A stretch of 43,301 bases of DNA from positions 1 through 43,301 of the forward strand of contig NEEC01000480.1 of the NCBI GenBank assembly GCA_002189035.1, in the 5' to 3' direction. Origin of the DNA: Utricularia gibba (taxonomy: Eukaryota > Plantae > Magnoliophyta). Below the pieces are notes generated by a model that made no database searches, had not been told where the DNA came from, and was given only the letters and a program-made list of their open reading frames with translations. Both the position numbers and the translations under genes were made by a program. Shown here piece by piece: positions 11,801-26,400 of the stretch (position 1 is its first letter; each line of letters begins with the position of its first letter).

Positions 11801-13769
11801 CTCGAAAGGGCTTCCCAACAGTGTGCTATGAAGAGCAAGGATCTGCATGTTATGCAAGAGGTGCTTCGCGGACCAGGATGTGCGACGTAGTCATTTCATT
11901 GCGCATCATCATTCGGGTGCATCCTAAAAATCACACGTGCACGGATTCATTAAAAATAATATTTACGCATATCCAGATGTATAACAGTGTTGGGATAAGT
12001 GATGCACGAAATTCATGATGTAGCATGTGACTTTTTTCCAACTTGATCGCATAGTAGATGAATTCTGACACCATATGTTTTGGCTTTTGATTGATGCATT
12101 TAGTTGCTATGATACTTCTGATTCTTGATGCACCATTCCCGTATACCATGTCTCTAGTGGCTATTTGATTCTTTTGCCTTGTATGTTGTTCGCATCAATT
12201 TCGAGAACATGAAGCACATTATTAAATGCAGTCACCACGGAATGCCACGTGAGACACTTTTCGTTGTGGCTTTTTTAATATGTCCACAGTTATCGGACAA
12301 ACGTAACTCCAAATTATAATACTTGGAGCTCGAAAAGGGCTTCCCATGTGCTATGAAGAGCAAGGATCTGCATGTTATGCAAGAGGTGCTTCGCGGACCA
12401 GGATGTGCGACGTAGTCATTTCATTGCGCATCATCATTCGGGTGCATCCTAAAAATCACACGTGCACGGGATTCATTAAAAATAAATATTTACGCATATC
12501 CAGAGTGTATAACAGTGTTGGGATAAGTGATGCACGAAATTCATGATGTAGCATGTGACTTTTTTCCAACTTGATCGCATAGTAGATGAATTCTGACACC
12601 ATATGTTTTGGCTTTGATTGATGCATTTAGTTGCTATGATACTTCTGATTCTTGATGCACCATTCCCGTATACCATGTCTCTAGTGGCTATTTGATTCTT
12701 TTGCCTTGTATGTTGTTCGCATCAATTTCGAGAACATGAAGCACATTATTAAATGCAGGAATGCCACGTGAGACACTTTTCGTTGTGGCTTGTTTTTAAT
12801 ATGTCCACAGTTATCGGACAAACGTAACTCCAAATTATAATACTTGGAGCTCGAAAAGGGCTTCCAACAGTGTGCTATGAAGAGCAAGGATCTGCATGTT
12901 ATGCAGAGGTGCTTCGCGGACCAGGATGTGCGACGTAGTCATTTCATTGCGCATCATCATTCGGGGTGCATCCTAAAAATCACACGTGCACGGATTCATT
13001 AAAAATAAATATTTACGCATATCCAGAATATAACAGTGTTGGGATAAGTGATGCCACGAAATTCATGATGTAGCATGTGACTTTTTTCCAACTTGATCGC
13101 ATAGTAGATGAATTCTGACACCATATGTTTTGGCTTTGATTGATGCATTTAGTTGCTATGATACTTCTGATTCTTGATGCACCATTCCCGTATACCATGT
13201 CTCTAGTGGCTATTTGATTCTTTTGCCTTGTATGTTGTTCGCATCAATTTCGAGAACATGAAGCACATTATTAAATGCAGTCACCACGGAATGCACGTGA
13301 GACACTTTTCGTTGTGGCTTGTTTTTAATATGTCACAGTTATCGGACAAACGTAACTCCAAATTATAATACTTGGAGCTCGAAAAGGGCTTCCCAACAGT
13401 GTGCTATGAAGAGCAAGGATCTGCATGTTATGCAAGAGTGCTTCGCGGACCAGGATGTGCGACGTAGTCATTTCATTGCGCATCATCATTCGGGTGCATC
13501 CTAAAAATCACACGTGCACGGGATTCATTAAAAATAAATATTTACGCATATCCAGAATAACAGTGTTGGGATAAGTGATGCCACGAAATTCATGATGTAG
13601 CATGTGACTTTTTTCCAACTTGATCGCATAGTAGATGAATTCTGACACCATATGTTTTGGCTTTTGATTGATGCATTTAGTTGCTATGATACTTCTGATT
13701 CTTGATGCACCATTCCCGTATACCATGTCTCTACTATTTGATTCTTTTGCCTTGTATGTTGTTCGCATC

Positions 13770-14490
13770 AATTTCGAGAACATGAAGCACATTATTAAAT
13801 GCATGCCACGTGAGACACTTTTCGTTGTGGCTTGTTGTCCACAGTCGGACAAACGTAACTCCAAATTATAATACTTGGAGCTCGAAAAGGGCTTCCCAAC
13901 AGTGTGCTATGAAGAGCAAGGATCTGCATGTTATGCAAGAGGTGACCAGGATGTGCCGGGGTGCATGCATCGCATGACAGTGTTGGGATAAGTGATGCAC
14001 GAAATTCATGATGTAGCATGTGACTTTTTTCAACTTGATCGCATAGTAGATGAATTCTGACACCATATATTTGCGCTTGATGCCATTCCCGTATACCATG
14101 TCTCTAGTGGCTATTTGATTCTTTTGCCTTGTATGGAGAACATGAAGCACATTATTAAATGCAACCACGGAATGCCACGTGAGACAAATGGACAAACGTA
14201 ACTCCAATTATAATACTTGGAGCTCGAAAAGGGCTTCCCAACACAAGGATGCATGTTATGCAAGAGGTGCTTCGCTGTGCGACGTAGTCATTTCATTGCG
14301 CAGGGGCAGTGCAATTCATTAAAAATAAATATTTACGCATATCCAGACAATAAGTGATGCCACGAAATTCCTTCCAAATAGTACAATATGTTTTGATTGA
14401 TGCATTTAGTTGCTATGATACTTCTGATTCTTGATGCACCATTCCCGTATACCATGTCTCTAGTGGCTATTTGATTCTTTTGCCTTGCAT
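13770..14490. repeat. Two heavily truncated and corrupted copies (~360 bp each)
   Basis: The order of unit landmarks is kept, but many 5-60 nt blocks are missing and short non-consensus stretches appear (e.g. ~13945-13980, ~14300-14320, ~14365-14390). Normal copies resume from ~14490. Confidence 0.9.
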
Positions 14491-17400
14491 TTTCGAGAAC
14501 ATGAAGCACATTATTAAATGCAAGGAATGCCACGTGAGACACTTTTCGTTGTGGCTTGTTTTTAATATGTCCACAGTTATCGGACAAACGTAACTCCAAA
14601 TTATAATACTTGGAGCTCGAAAAGGGCTTCCCAACATGTGCTATGAAGAGCAAGGATCTGCATGTTATGCAAGAGGTGCTTCGCGGACCAGGATGTGCGA
14701 CGTAGTCATTTCATTGCGCATCATCATTCGGGGTGCATCCTAAAAATCACACGTGCACGGATTCATTAAAAATAATATTTACGCATATCCAGAGTGTATA
14801 ACAGTGTTGGGATAAGTGATGCCACGAAATTCATGATGTAGCATGTGACTTTTTTCCAACTTGATCGCATAGTAGATGAATTCTGACACCATATGTTTTG
14901 GCTTTTGATTGATCATTTAGTTGCTATGATACTTCTGATTCTTGATGCACCATTCCCATACCATGTCTCTAGTGGCTATTTGATTCTTTTGCCTTGTATG
15001 TTGTTCGCATCAATTTCGAGAACATGAAGCACATTATTAAATGCAATCACCACGGAATGCCACGTGAACACTTTTCGTTGTGGCTTGTTTTAATATGTCC
15101 ACAGTTATCGGACAAACGTAACTCCAAATTATAATACTTGGAGCTCGAAAAGGGCTTCCCAACAGTGTGCTATGAAGAGCAAGGATCTGCATGTTATGCA
15201 AGAGGTGCTTCGCGGACCAGGATGTGCGACGTCATTCATTGCGCATCATCATTCGGGTGCATCCTAAAAATCACACGTGCACGGGATTCATTAAAAATAA
15301 ATATTTACGCATATCCAGAGTGTATAACAGTGTTGGGATAAGTGATGCGAAATTCATGATGTAGCATGTGACTTTTTTCCAACTTGATCGCATAGTAGAT
15401 GAATTCTGACACCATATGTTTTGGCTTTTGATTGATGCATTTAGTTGCTATGATACTTCTGATTCTTGATGCACCATTCCCGTATACCATGTCTCTAGTG
15501 GCTATTTGATTCTTTTGCCTTGTATGTTGTTCGCATCAATTTCGAGAACATGAAGCACATTATTAAATGCAGTCACCACGTGCCACGTGAGACACTTTTC
15601 GTTGTGGCTTGTTTTAATATGTCCACAGTTATCGGACAAACGTAACTCCAAATTATAATACTTGGAGCTCGAAAGGGCTTCCAACAGTGTGCTATGAAGA
15701 GCAAGGATCTGCATGTTATGCAAGAGGTGCTTCGCGGACCAGGATGTGCGACGTAGTCATTTCATTGCGCATCATCATTCGGGGTGCATCCTAAAAATCA
15801 CACGTGCGGATTCATTAAAAATAAATATTTACGCATATCCAGATTTATAACAGTGTTGGGATAAGTGATGCCACGAAATTCATGATGTAGCATGTGACTT
15901 TTTTCCAACTTGATCGCATAGTAGATGAATTCTGACACCATATGTTTTGGCTTTGATTGATGCATTTAGTTGCTATGATACTTCTGATTCTTGATGCACC
16001 ATTCCCGTATACCATGTCTCTAGTGGCTATTTGATTCTTTTGCCTTGTATGTTGTTCGCATCAATTTCGAGAACATGAAGCACATTATTAAATGCAGTCA
16101 CCACGAATGCCACGTGAGACACTTTCGTTGTGGCTTGTTTTTAATATGTCCACAGTTATCGGACAAACGTAACTCCAAATTATATACTTGGAGCTCGAAG
16201 GGCTTCCCAACAGTGTGCTATGAAGAGCAAGGATCTGCATGTTATGCAAGAGGTGCTTCGCGGACCAGGATGTGCGACGTAGTCATTTCATTGCGCATCA
16301 TCATTCGGGGTGCATCCTAAAAATCACACGTGCACGGATTCATTAAAAATAAATATTTACGCATATCCAGAGTGTATAACAGTGTTGGGATAAGTGATGC
16401 CACGAAATTCATGATTAGCATGTGACTTTTTTCCAACTTGATCGCATAGTCTGACACCATATGTTTTGGCTTTGATTGATGCATTTAGTTGCTATGATAC
16501 TTCTGATTCTTGATGCACCATTCCCGTATACCATGTCTCTAGTGGCTATTTGATTCTTTTGCCTTGTATGTTGTTCGCATCAATTTCGAGAACATGAAGC
16601 ACATTATTAAATGCATCACCACGGAATGCCACGTGAGACACTTTTCGTTGTGGCTTGTTTTAATATGTCCACAGTTATCGGACAAACGTAACTCCAATTA
16701 TAATACTTGGAGCTCGAAAAGGGCTTCCCAACATGTGCTATGAAGAGCAAGGATCTGCATGTTATGCAAGAGGTGCTTCGCGGACCAGGATGTGCGACGT
16801 AGTCATTTCATTGCGCATCATCATTCGGGTGCATCCTAAAAATCACACGTGCACGGATTCATTAAAAATAAATATTTACGCATATCCATAACAGTGTTGG
16901 GATAAGTGATGCACGAAATTCATGATGTAGCATGTGACTTTTTTCCAACTTGATCGCATAGTAGATGAATTCTGACACCATATGTTTGCTTTTGATTGAT
17001 GCATTTAGTTGCTATGATACTTCTGATTCTTGATGCACCATTCCCGTATACCATGTCTCTAGTGGCTATTTGATTCTTTTGCCTTGTATGTTGTTCGCAT
17101 CAATTTCGAGAACATGAAGCACATTATTAAATGCATCACCACGGAATGCCACGTGAGACACTTTGTTGTGGCTTGTTTTAATATGTCCACAGTTTCGGAC
17201 AAACGTAACTCCAAATTATAATACTTGGAGCTCGAAACCAACAGTGTGCTATGAAGAGCAAGGATCTGCATGTTATGCAAGAGGTGCTTCGCGGACCAGG
17301 ATGTGCGACGTAGTCATTTCATTGCGCATCATCATTCGGGTGCATCCTAAAAATCACACGTGCACGGATTCATTAAAAATAAATATTTACGCATATCCAG

Positions 17401-20400
17401 AATATAACAGTGTTGGGAAGTGATGCCGAAATTCATGATGTAGCATGTGACTTTTTTCCAACTTGATCGCATAGTAGATGACTGACACCATATGTTTTGG
17501 CTTTGATTGATGCATTTAGTTGCTATGATACTTCTGATTCTTGATGCACCATTCCCGTATACCATGTCTCTAGTGGCTATTTGATTCTTTTGCCTTGTAT
17601 GTTGTTCGCATCAATTTCGAGAACATGAAGCACATTATTAAATGCAGTCACCACGGAATGCCACGTATTTTCGTTGTGGCTTGTTTTTAATATGTCCACA
17701 GTTATCGGACAAACGTAACTCCAAATTATAATACTTGGAGCTCGAAAGGGCTTCCCAACAGTGTGCTATGAAGAGCAAGGATCTGCATGTTATGCAAGAG
17801 GTGCTTCGCGGACCAGGATGTGCGACGTAGTCATTTCATTGCGCATCATCATTCGGGGTGCATCCTAAAATCACACGTGCACGGGATTCATTATAAATAT
17901 TTACGCATATCCAGACAGTGTTGGGATAAGTGATGCACGAATTCATGATGTAGCATGTGACTTTTTCCAACTTGATCGCATAGTAGATGAATTCTGACAC
18001 CATATGTTTTGGCTTTGATTGATGCATTTAGTTGCTATGATACTTCTGATTCTTGATGCACCATTCCCGTATACCATGTCTCTAGTGGCTATTTGATTCT
18101 TTTGCCTTGTATGTTGTTCGCATCAATTTCGAGAACATGAAGCACATTATTAAATGCATCACCACGGAATGCCACGTGAGACACTTTTCGTTGTGGCTTG
18201 TTTTTAATATGTCCACAGTTATCGGACAAACGTAACTCCAAATTATAATACTTGGAGCTCGAAAAGGGCTTCCCAACATGTGCTATGAAGAGCAAGGATC
18301 TGCATGTTATGCAAGAGGTGCTTCGCGGACCAGGATGTGCGACGTAGTCATTTCATGCGCATCATCATTCGGGTGCATCCTAAAAATCACACGTGCACGG
18401 ATTCATTAAAAATAAATATTTACGCATATCCAGTGTATAACAGGTTGGGATAAGTGATGCACGAAATTCATGATGTAGCATGTGACTTTTTTCCAACTTG
18501 ATCGCATAGTAGATGAATTCTGACACCATATGTTTTGGCTTTTGATTGATTCATTTAGTTGCTATGATACTTCTGATTCTTGATGCACCATTCCCGTATA
18601 CCATGTCTCTAGTGGCTATTTGATTCTTTTGCTTGTATGTTGTTCGCATCAATTTCGAGAACATGAAGCACATTATTAAATGCATCACCACGGAATGCCA
18701 CGTGAGACACTTTTCGTTGTGGCTTGTTTTAATATGTCCACAGTTATCGGACAAACGTAACTCCAAATTATATACTTGGAGCTCGAAAAGGGCTTCCCAA
18801 CAGTGCTATGAAGAGCAAGGATCTGCATGTTATGCAAGAGGTGCTTCGCGGACCAGGATGTGCGACGTCATTTCATTGCGCATCATCATTCGGGGTGCAT
18901 CCTAAAATCACACGTGCACGGATTCATTAAAATATATTTACGCATATCCAGAGTGTATAACAGTGTTGGGATAAGTGATGCCACGAAATTCATGATGTAG
19001 CATGTGACTTTTTTCCAACTTGATCGCATAGTAGATGAATTCTGACACCATATGTTTTGGCTTTTGATTGATGCATTTAGTTGCTATGATACTTCTGATT
19101 CTTGATGCACCATTCCCGTATACCATGTCTCTAGTGGCTATTTGATTCTTTTGCCTTGTATGTTGTTCGCATCAATTTCGAGAACATGAAGCACATTATT
19201 AAATGCAGTCACCACGGAAGCCACGTGAGACACTTTTCGTTGTGGCTTGTTTTTAATATGTCCACAGTTATCGGACAAACGTAACTCCAAATTATAATAC
19301 TTGGAGCTCGAAAAGGGCTTCCCAACAGTGTGCTATGAAGAGCAAGGATCTGCATGTTATGCAAGAGGTGCTTCGCGGACAGGATGTGCGACGTAGTCAT
19401 TTCATTGCGCATCATCATTCGGGGTGCATCCTAAAAATCACACGTGCACGGGATTCATTAAAAATAAATATTTACGCATATCCAGAGTGTATAACAGTGT
19501 TGGGATAAGTGATGCCACGAAATTCATGATGTAGCATGTGACTTTTTTCCAACTTGATCGCATAGTAGATGAATTCTGACACCATATGTTTTTGGCTTTT
19601 GATTGATTCATTTAGTTGCTATGATACTTCTGATTCTTGATGCACCATTCCCGTATACCATGTCTCTAGTGGCTATTTGATTCCCGCATCAATTTCGAGA
19701 ACATGAAGCACATTATTAAATGCAATCACCACGGAATGCCACGTGAGACACTTTTCGTTGTGGCTTGTTTTTAATATGTCCACAGTTATCGGACAAACGT
19801 AACTCCAAATTATAATACTTGGAGCTCGAAAAGGGCTTCCCAACAGTGTGCTATGAAGAGCAAGGATCTGCATGTTATGCAAGAGGTGCTTCGCGGACCA
19901 GGATGTGCGACGTAGTCATTTCATTGCGCATCATCATTCGGGGTGCATCCTAAAAATCACACGTGCACGGGATTCATTAAAAATAAATTTTACGCATATC
20001 CAGAGTGTATAACAGTGTTGGGATAAGTGATGCCACGAAATTCATGATGTAGCATGTGACTTTTTTCCAATTGATCGCATAGTAGATGAATTCTGACACC
20101 ATATGTTTTGGCTGTTGATTGATGCATTTAGTTGCTATGATACTTCTGATTCTTGATGCACCATTCCCGTATACCATGTCTCTAGTGGCTATTTGATTCT
20201 TTTGCCTTGTATGTTGTTCGCATCAATTTCGAGAACATGAAGCACATTATTAAATGCAGTCACCACGGAATGCCACGTGAGACACTTTTCGTTGTGGCTT
20301 GTTTTTAATATGTCCACAGTTTCGGACAAACGTAACTCCAAATTATAATACTTGGAGCTCGAACCCAACAGTGTGCTATGAAGAGCAAGGATCTGCATGT

Positions 20401-23400
20401 TATGCAAGAGGTGCTTCGCGACCAGGATGTGCGACGTAGTCATTTCATTGCGCATCATCATTCGGGGTGCATCCTAAAAATCACACGTGCACGGGATTCA
20501 TTAAAAATAAATATTTACGCATATCCAGAGTGTATAACAGTGTTGGGATAAGTGATGCCACGAAATTCATGATGTAGCATGTGACTTTTTTCCAACTTGA
20601 TCGCATAGTAGATGAATTCTGACACCATATGTTTTGGCTTTTGATTGATGCATTTAGTTGCTATGATACTTCTGATTCTTGATGCACCATTCCCGTATAC
20701 CATGTCTCTAGTGGCTATTTGATTCTTTTCCTTGTATGTTTTCGCATCAATTTCGAGAACATGAAGCACATTATTAAATGCATCACCACGGAATGCCACG
20801 TGAGACACTTTTCGTTGTGGCTTGTTTTTAATATGTCCACAGTTATCGGACAAACGTAACTCCAAATTATAATACTTGGAGCTCGAAAAGGGCTTCCCAA
20901 CACTGTGCTATGAAGAGCAAGGATCTGCATGTTATGCAAGAGGTGCTTCGCGGACCAGGATGTGCGACGTAGTCATTTCATTGCGCATCATCATCGGGTG
21001 CATCCTAAAAATCACACGTGCACGGATTCATTAAAAATAAATATTTACGCATATCCAGAGTGTATAACAGTGTTGGGATAAGTGATGCCACGAAATTCAT
21101 GATGTAGCATGTGACTTTTTTCCAACTTGATCGCATAGTAGATGAATTCTGACACCATATGTTTTGGCTTTTGATTGATTCATTTAGTTGCTATGATACT
21201 TCTGATTCTTGATGCACCATTCCCGTATACCATGTCTCTAGTGGCTATTTGATTCTTTTGCCTTGTATGTTGTTCGCATCAATTTCGAGAACATGAAGCA
21301 CATTATTAAATGCAGCACCACGGAATGCCACGTGAGACACTTTCGTTGTGGCTTGTTTTAATATGTCCACAGTTATCGGACAAACGTAACTCCAAATTAT
21401 AATACTTGGAGCTCGAAAAGGGCTTCCCAACAGTGTGCTATGAAGAGCAAGGATCTGCATGTTATGCAAGAGGTGCTTCGCGGACCAGGATGTGCGACGT
21501 AGTCATTTCATTGCGCATCATCATTCGGGGTGCATCCTAAAAATCACACGTGCACGGGATTCATTAAAAATAAATATTTACGCATATCCAGAGTGTATAA
21601 CAGTGTTGGGATAAGTGATGCCACGAAATTCATGATGTAGCATGTGACTTTTTTCCAACTTGATCGCATAGTAGATGAATTCTGACACCATATGTTTTGA
21701 TTGATGCATTTAGTTGCTATGATACTTCTGATTCTTGATGCACCATTCCCGTATACCATGTCTCTAGTGGCTATTTGATTCTTTGCCTTGTATGTTGTTC
21801 GCATCAATTTCGAGAACATGAAGCACATTATTAAATGCAGTCACCACGGAATGCCACGTGAGACACTTTTCGTTGTGGCTTGTTTTTAATATGTCCACAG
21901 TTTCGGACAAACGTAACTCCAAATTATAATACTTGGAGCTCGAAAAGGGCTTCCCAACAGTGCTATGAAGAGCAAGGATCTGCATGTTATGCAAGAGGTG
22001 CTTCGCGGACCAGGATGTGCGACGTAGTCATTTCATTGCGCATCATCATTCGGGGTGCATCCTAAAAATCACACGTGCACGGATTCATTAAAAATAAATA
22101 TTTACGCATATCCAGAGTGTATAACAGTGTTGGGATAAGTGATGCACGAAATTCATGATGTAGCATGTGACTTTTTTCCAACTTGATCGCATAGTAGATG
22201 AATTCTGACACCATATGTTTTGGCTTTTTGATTGATGCATTTAGTTGCTATGATACTTCTGATTCTTGATGCACCATTCCCGTATACCATGTCTCTAGTG
22301 GCTATTTGATTCTTTTGCCTTGTATGTTGTTCGCATCAATTTCGAGAACATGAAGCACATTATTTAAATCACCACGGAATGCCACGTGAGACACTTTTCG
22401 TTGTGGCTTGTTTTTAATATGTCCACAGTTATCGGACAAACGTAACTCCAAATTATAATACTTGGAGCTCGAAAGGGCTTCCCAACAGTGTGCTATGAAG
22501 AGCAAGGATCTGCATGTTATGCAAGAGGTGCTTCGCGGACCAGGATGCGACGTAGTCATTTCATTGCGCATCATCATTCGGGGTGCATCTAAAAATCACA
22601 CGTGCACGGATTCATTAAAAATAAATATTTACGCATATCCAGAGTGTATAACAGTGTTGGGATAAGTGATGCCACGAAATTCATGATGTAGCATGTGACT
22701 TTTTTCCAACTTGATCGCATAGTAGATGAATTCTGACACCATATGTTTTGGCTTTTGATTGATGCATTTAGTTGCTATGATACTTCTGATTCTTGATGCA
22801 CCATTCCCGTATACCATGTCTCTAGTGGCTATTTGATTCTTTTGCCTTGTATGTTTTCGCATCAATTTCGAGAACATGAAGCACATTATTAAATGCAGTC
22901 ACCACGGAATGCCACGTGAACACTTTTCGTTGTGGCTTTTTTAATATGTCCACAGTTATCGGACAAACGTAACTCCAAATTATAATACTTGGAGCTCGAA
23001 AAGGGCTTCCCAACAGTGTGCTATGAAGAGCAAGGATCTGCATGTTATGCAAGAGGTGCTTCGCGGACCAGGATGTGCGACGTAGTCATTTCATTGCGCA
23101 TCATCATTCGGGGTGCATCCTAAAAATCACACGTGCACGGATTCATTAAAAATAAATATTTACGCATATCCAGAATAACAGTGTTGGGATAAGTGATGCC
23201 ACGAAATTCATGATGTAGCATGTGACTTTTTTCCAACTTGATCGCATAGTAGATGAATTCTGACACCATATGTTTTGGCTTTTGATTGATGCATTTAGTT
23301 GCTATGATACTTCTGATTCTTGATGCACCATTCCCGTATACCATGTCTCTAGTGGCTATTTGATTCTTTTGCCTTGTATGTTGTTCGCATCAATTTCGAG

Positions 23401-26400
23401 AACATGAAGCACATTATTAAATGCAGTCACCACGGAATGCCACGTGAGACACTTTTCGTTGTGGCTTGTTTTAATATGTCCACAGTTATCGGACAAACGT
23501 AACTCCAAATTATAATACTTGGAGCTCGAAAAGGGCTTCCCAACAGTGTGCTATGAAGAGCAAGGATCTGCATGTTATGCAAGAGGTGCTTCGCGGACCA
23601 GGATGTGCGACGTAGTCATTTCATTGCGCATCATCATTCGGGGTGCATCCTAAAAATCACACGTGCACGGATTCATTAAAAATAAATATTTACGCATATC
23701 CAGAGTGTATAACAGTGTTGGGATAAGTGATGCACGAAATTCATGATGTAGCATGTGACTTTTTTTCCAACTTGATCGCATAGTAGATGAATTCTGACAC
23801 CATATGTTTTGGCTTTTGATTGATGCATTTAGTTGCTATGATACTTCTGATTCTTGATGCACCATTCCCGTATACCATGTCTCTAGTGGCTATTTGATTC
23901 TTTTGCCTTGTATGTTGTTCGCATCAATTTCGAGAACATGAAGCACATTATTAAATGCAGTCACCACGGAATGCCACGTGAGACACTTTTCGTTGTGGCT
24001 TTTTTTAATATGTCCACAGTTATCGGACAAACGTAACTCCAAATTATAATACTTGGAGCTCGAAAAGGGCTTCCCAACAGTGTGCTATGAAGAGCAAGGA
24101 TCTGCATGTTATGCAAGAGGTGCTTCGCGGACCAGGATGTGCGACGTAGTCATTTCATTGCGCATCATCATTCGGGGTGCATCCTAAAAATCACACGTGC
24201 ACGGGATTCATTAAAAATAAATATTTACGCATATCCAGAGTGTATACAGTGTTGGGATAAGTGATGCCACGAAATTCATGATGTAGCATGTGACTTTTTT
24301 CCAACTTGATCGCATAGTAGATGAATTTGACACCATATGTTTTGGCTTTTGATTGATGCATTTAGTTGCTATGATACTTCTGATTCTTGATGCACCATTC
24401 CCGTATACCATGTCTCTAGTGGCTATTTGATTCTTTTGCCTTGTATGCATCAATTTCGAGAACGAAGCACATTATTAAATGCAGTCACCACGGAATGCAC
24501 GTGAGACACTTTTCGTTGTGGCTTGTTTTTAATATGTCCACAGTTATCGGACAAACGTAACTCCAAATTATAATACTTGGAGCTCGAAAAGGCTTCCACA
24601 GTGTGCTATGAAGAGCAAGGATCTGCATGTTATGCAAGAGGTGCTTCGCGGACCAGGATGTGCGACGTAGTCATTTCATTGCGCATCATCATTCGGGTGC
24701 ATCCTAAAAATCACACGTGCACGGATTCATTAAAAATAAATATTTACGCATATCCAGAGTGTATAACAGTGTTGGGATAAGTGATGCCACGAAATTCATG
24801 ATGTAGCATGTGACTTTTTTCCAACTTGATCGCATAGTAGATGAATTCTGACACCATATGTTTTGGCTTTTGATTGATGCATTTAGTTGCTATGATACTT
24901 CTGATTCTTGATGCACCATTCCCGTATACCATGTCTCTCTATTTGATTCTTGCCTTGTATGTTGTTCGCATCAATTTCGAGAACATGAAGCACATTATTA
25001 AATGCAGTCACCACGGAATGCCACGTGAGACACTTTTCGTTGTGGCTTGTTTTTAATATGTCCACAGTTATCGACAAACGTAACTCCAAATTATAATACT
25101 TGGAGCTCGAAAAGGGCTTCCCAACAGTGTGCTATGAAGAGCAAGGATCTGCATGTTATGCAAAGGTGCTTCGCGGACCAGGATGTGCGACGTAGTCATT
25201 TCATTGCGCATCATCATTCGGGGCATCCTAAAAATCACACGTGCACGGGATTCATTAAAAATAAATATTTACGCATATCCAGAGTGTATAACAGTGTTGG
25301 GATAAGTGATGCCACGAAATTCATGATGTAGCATGTGACTTTTTTCCAACTTGATCGCATAGTAGATGAATTCTGACACCATATGTTTTGGCTTTGATTG
25401 ATGCATTTAGTTGCTATGATACTTCTGATTCTTGATGCACCATTCCCGTATACCATGTCTCTAGTGGCTATTTGATTCTTTTGCCTTGTATGTTGTTCGC
25501 ATCAATTTCGAGAACATGAAGCACATTATTAAATGCAGTCACCACGGAATGCCACGTGAGACACTTTTCGTTGTGGCTTGTTTTAATATCACAGTTACGG
25601 ACAAACGTAACTCCAAATTATAATACTTGGAGCTCGAAAAGGGCTTCCAACAGTGTGCTATGAAGAGCAAGGATCTGCATGTTATGCAAGAGGTGCTTCG
25701 CGGACCAGGATGTGCGACGTAGTCATTTCATTGCGCATCATCATTCGGGGTGCATCCTAAAAATCACACGTGCACGGGATTCATTAAAAATAAATATTTA
25801 CGCATATCCAGAGTGTATAACAGTGTTGGGATAAGTGATGCCACGAAATTCATGATGTAGCATGTGACTTTTTTCCAACTTGATCGCATAGTAGATGAAT
25901 TCTGACACCATATGTTTTGGCTTTTGATTGATGCATTTAGTTGCTATGATACTTCTGATTCTTGATGCACCATTCCCGTATACCATGTCTCTAGTGGCTA
26001 TTTGATTCTTTTGCCTTGTATGTTTCGCATCAATTCGAGAACATGAAGCACATTATTAAATGCAGTCACCACGGAATGCACGTGAGACACTTTTCGTTGT
26101 GGCTTGTTTTTAATATGTCCACAGTTATCGGACAAACGTAACTCCAAATTATAATACTTGGAGCTCGAAAGGGCTTCCCAACAGTGTGCTATGAAGAGCA
26201 AGGATCTGCATGTTATGCAAGAGGTGCTTCGCGACCAGGATGTGCGACGTAGTCATTTCATTGCGCATCATCATTCGGGGTGCATCCTAAAAATCACACG
26301 TGCACGGGATTCATTAAAAATAAATATTTACGCATATCCAGAGTGTATAACAGTGTTGGATAAGTGATGCACGAAATTCATGATGTAGCATGTGACTTTT

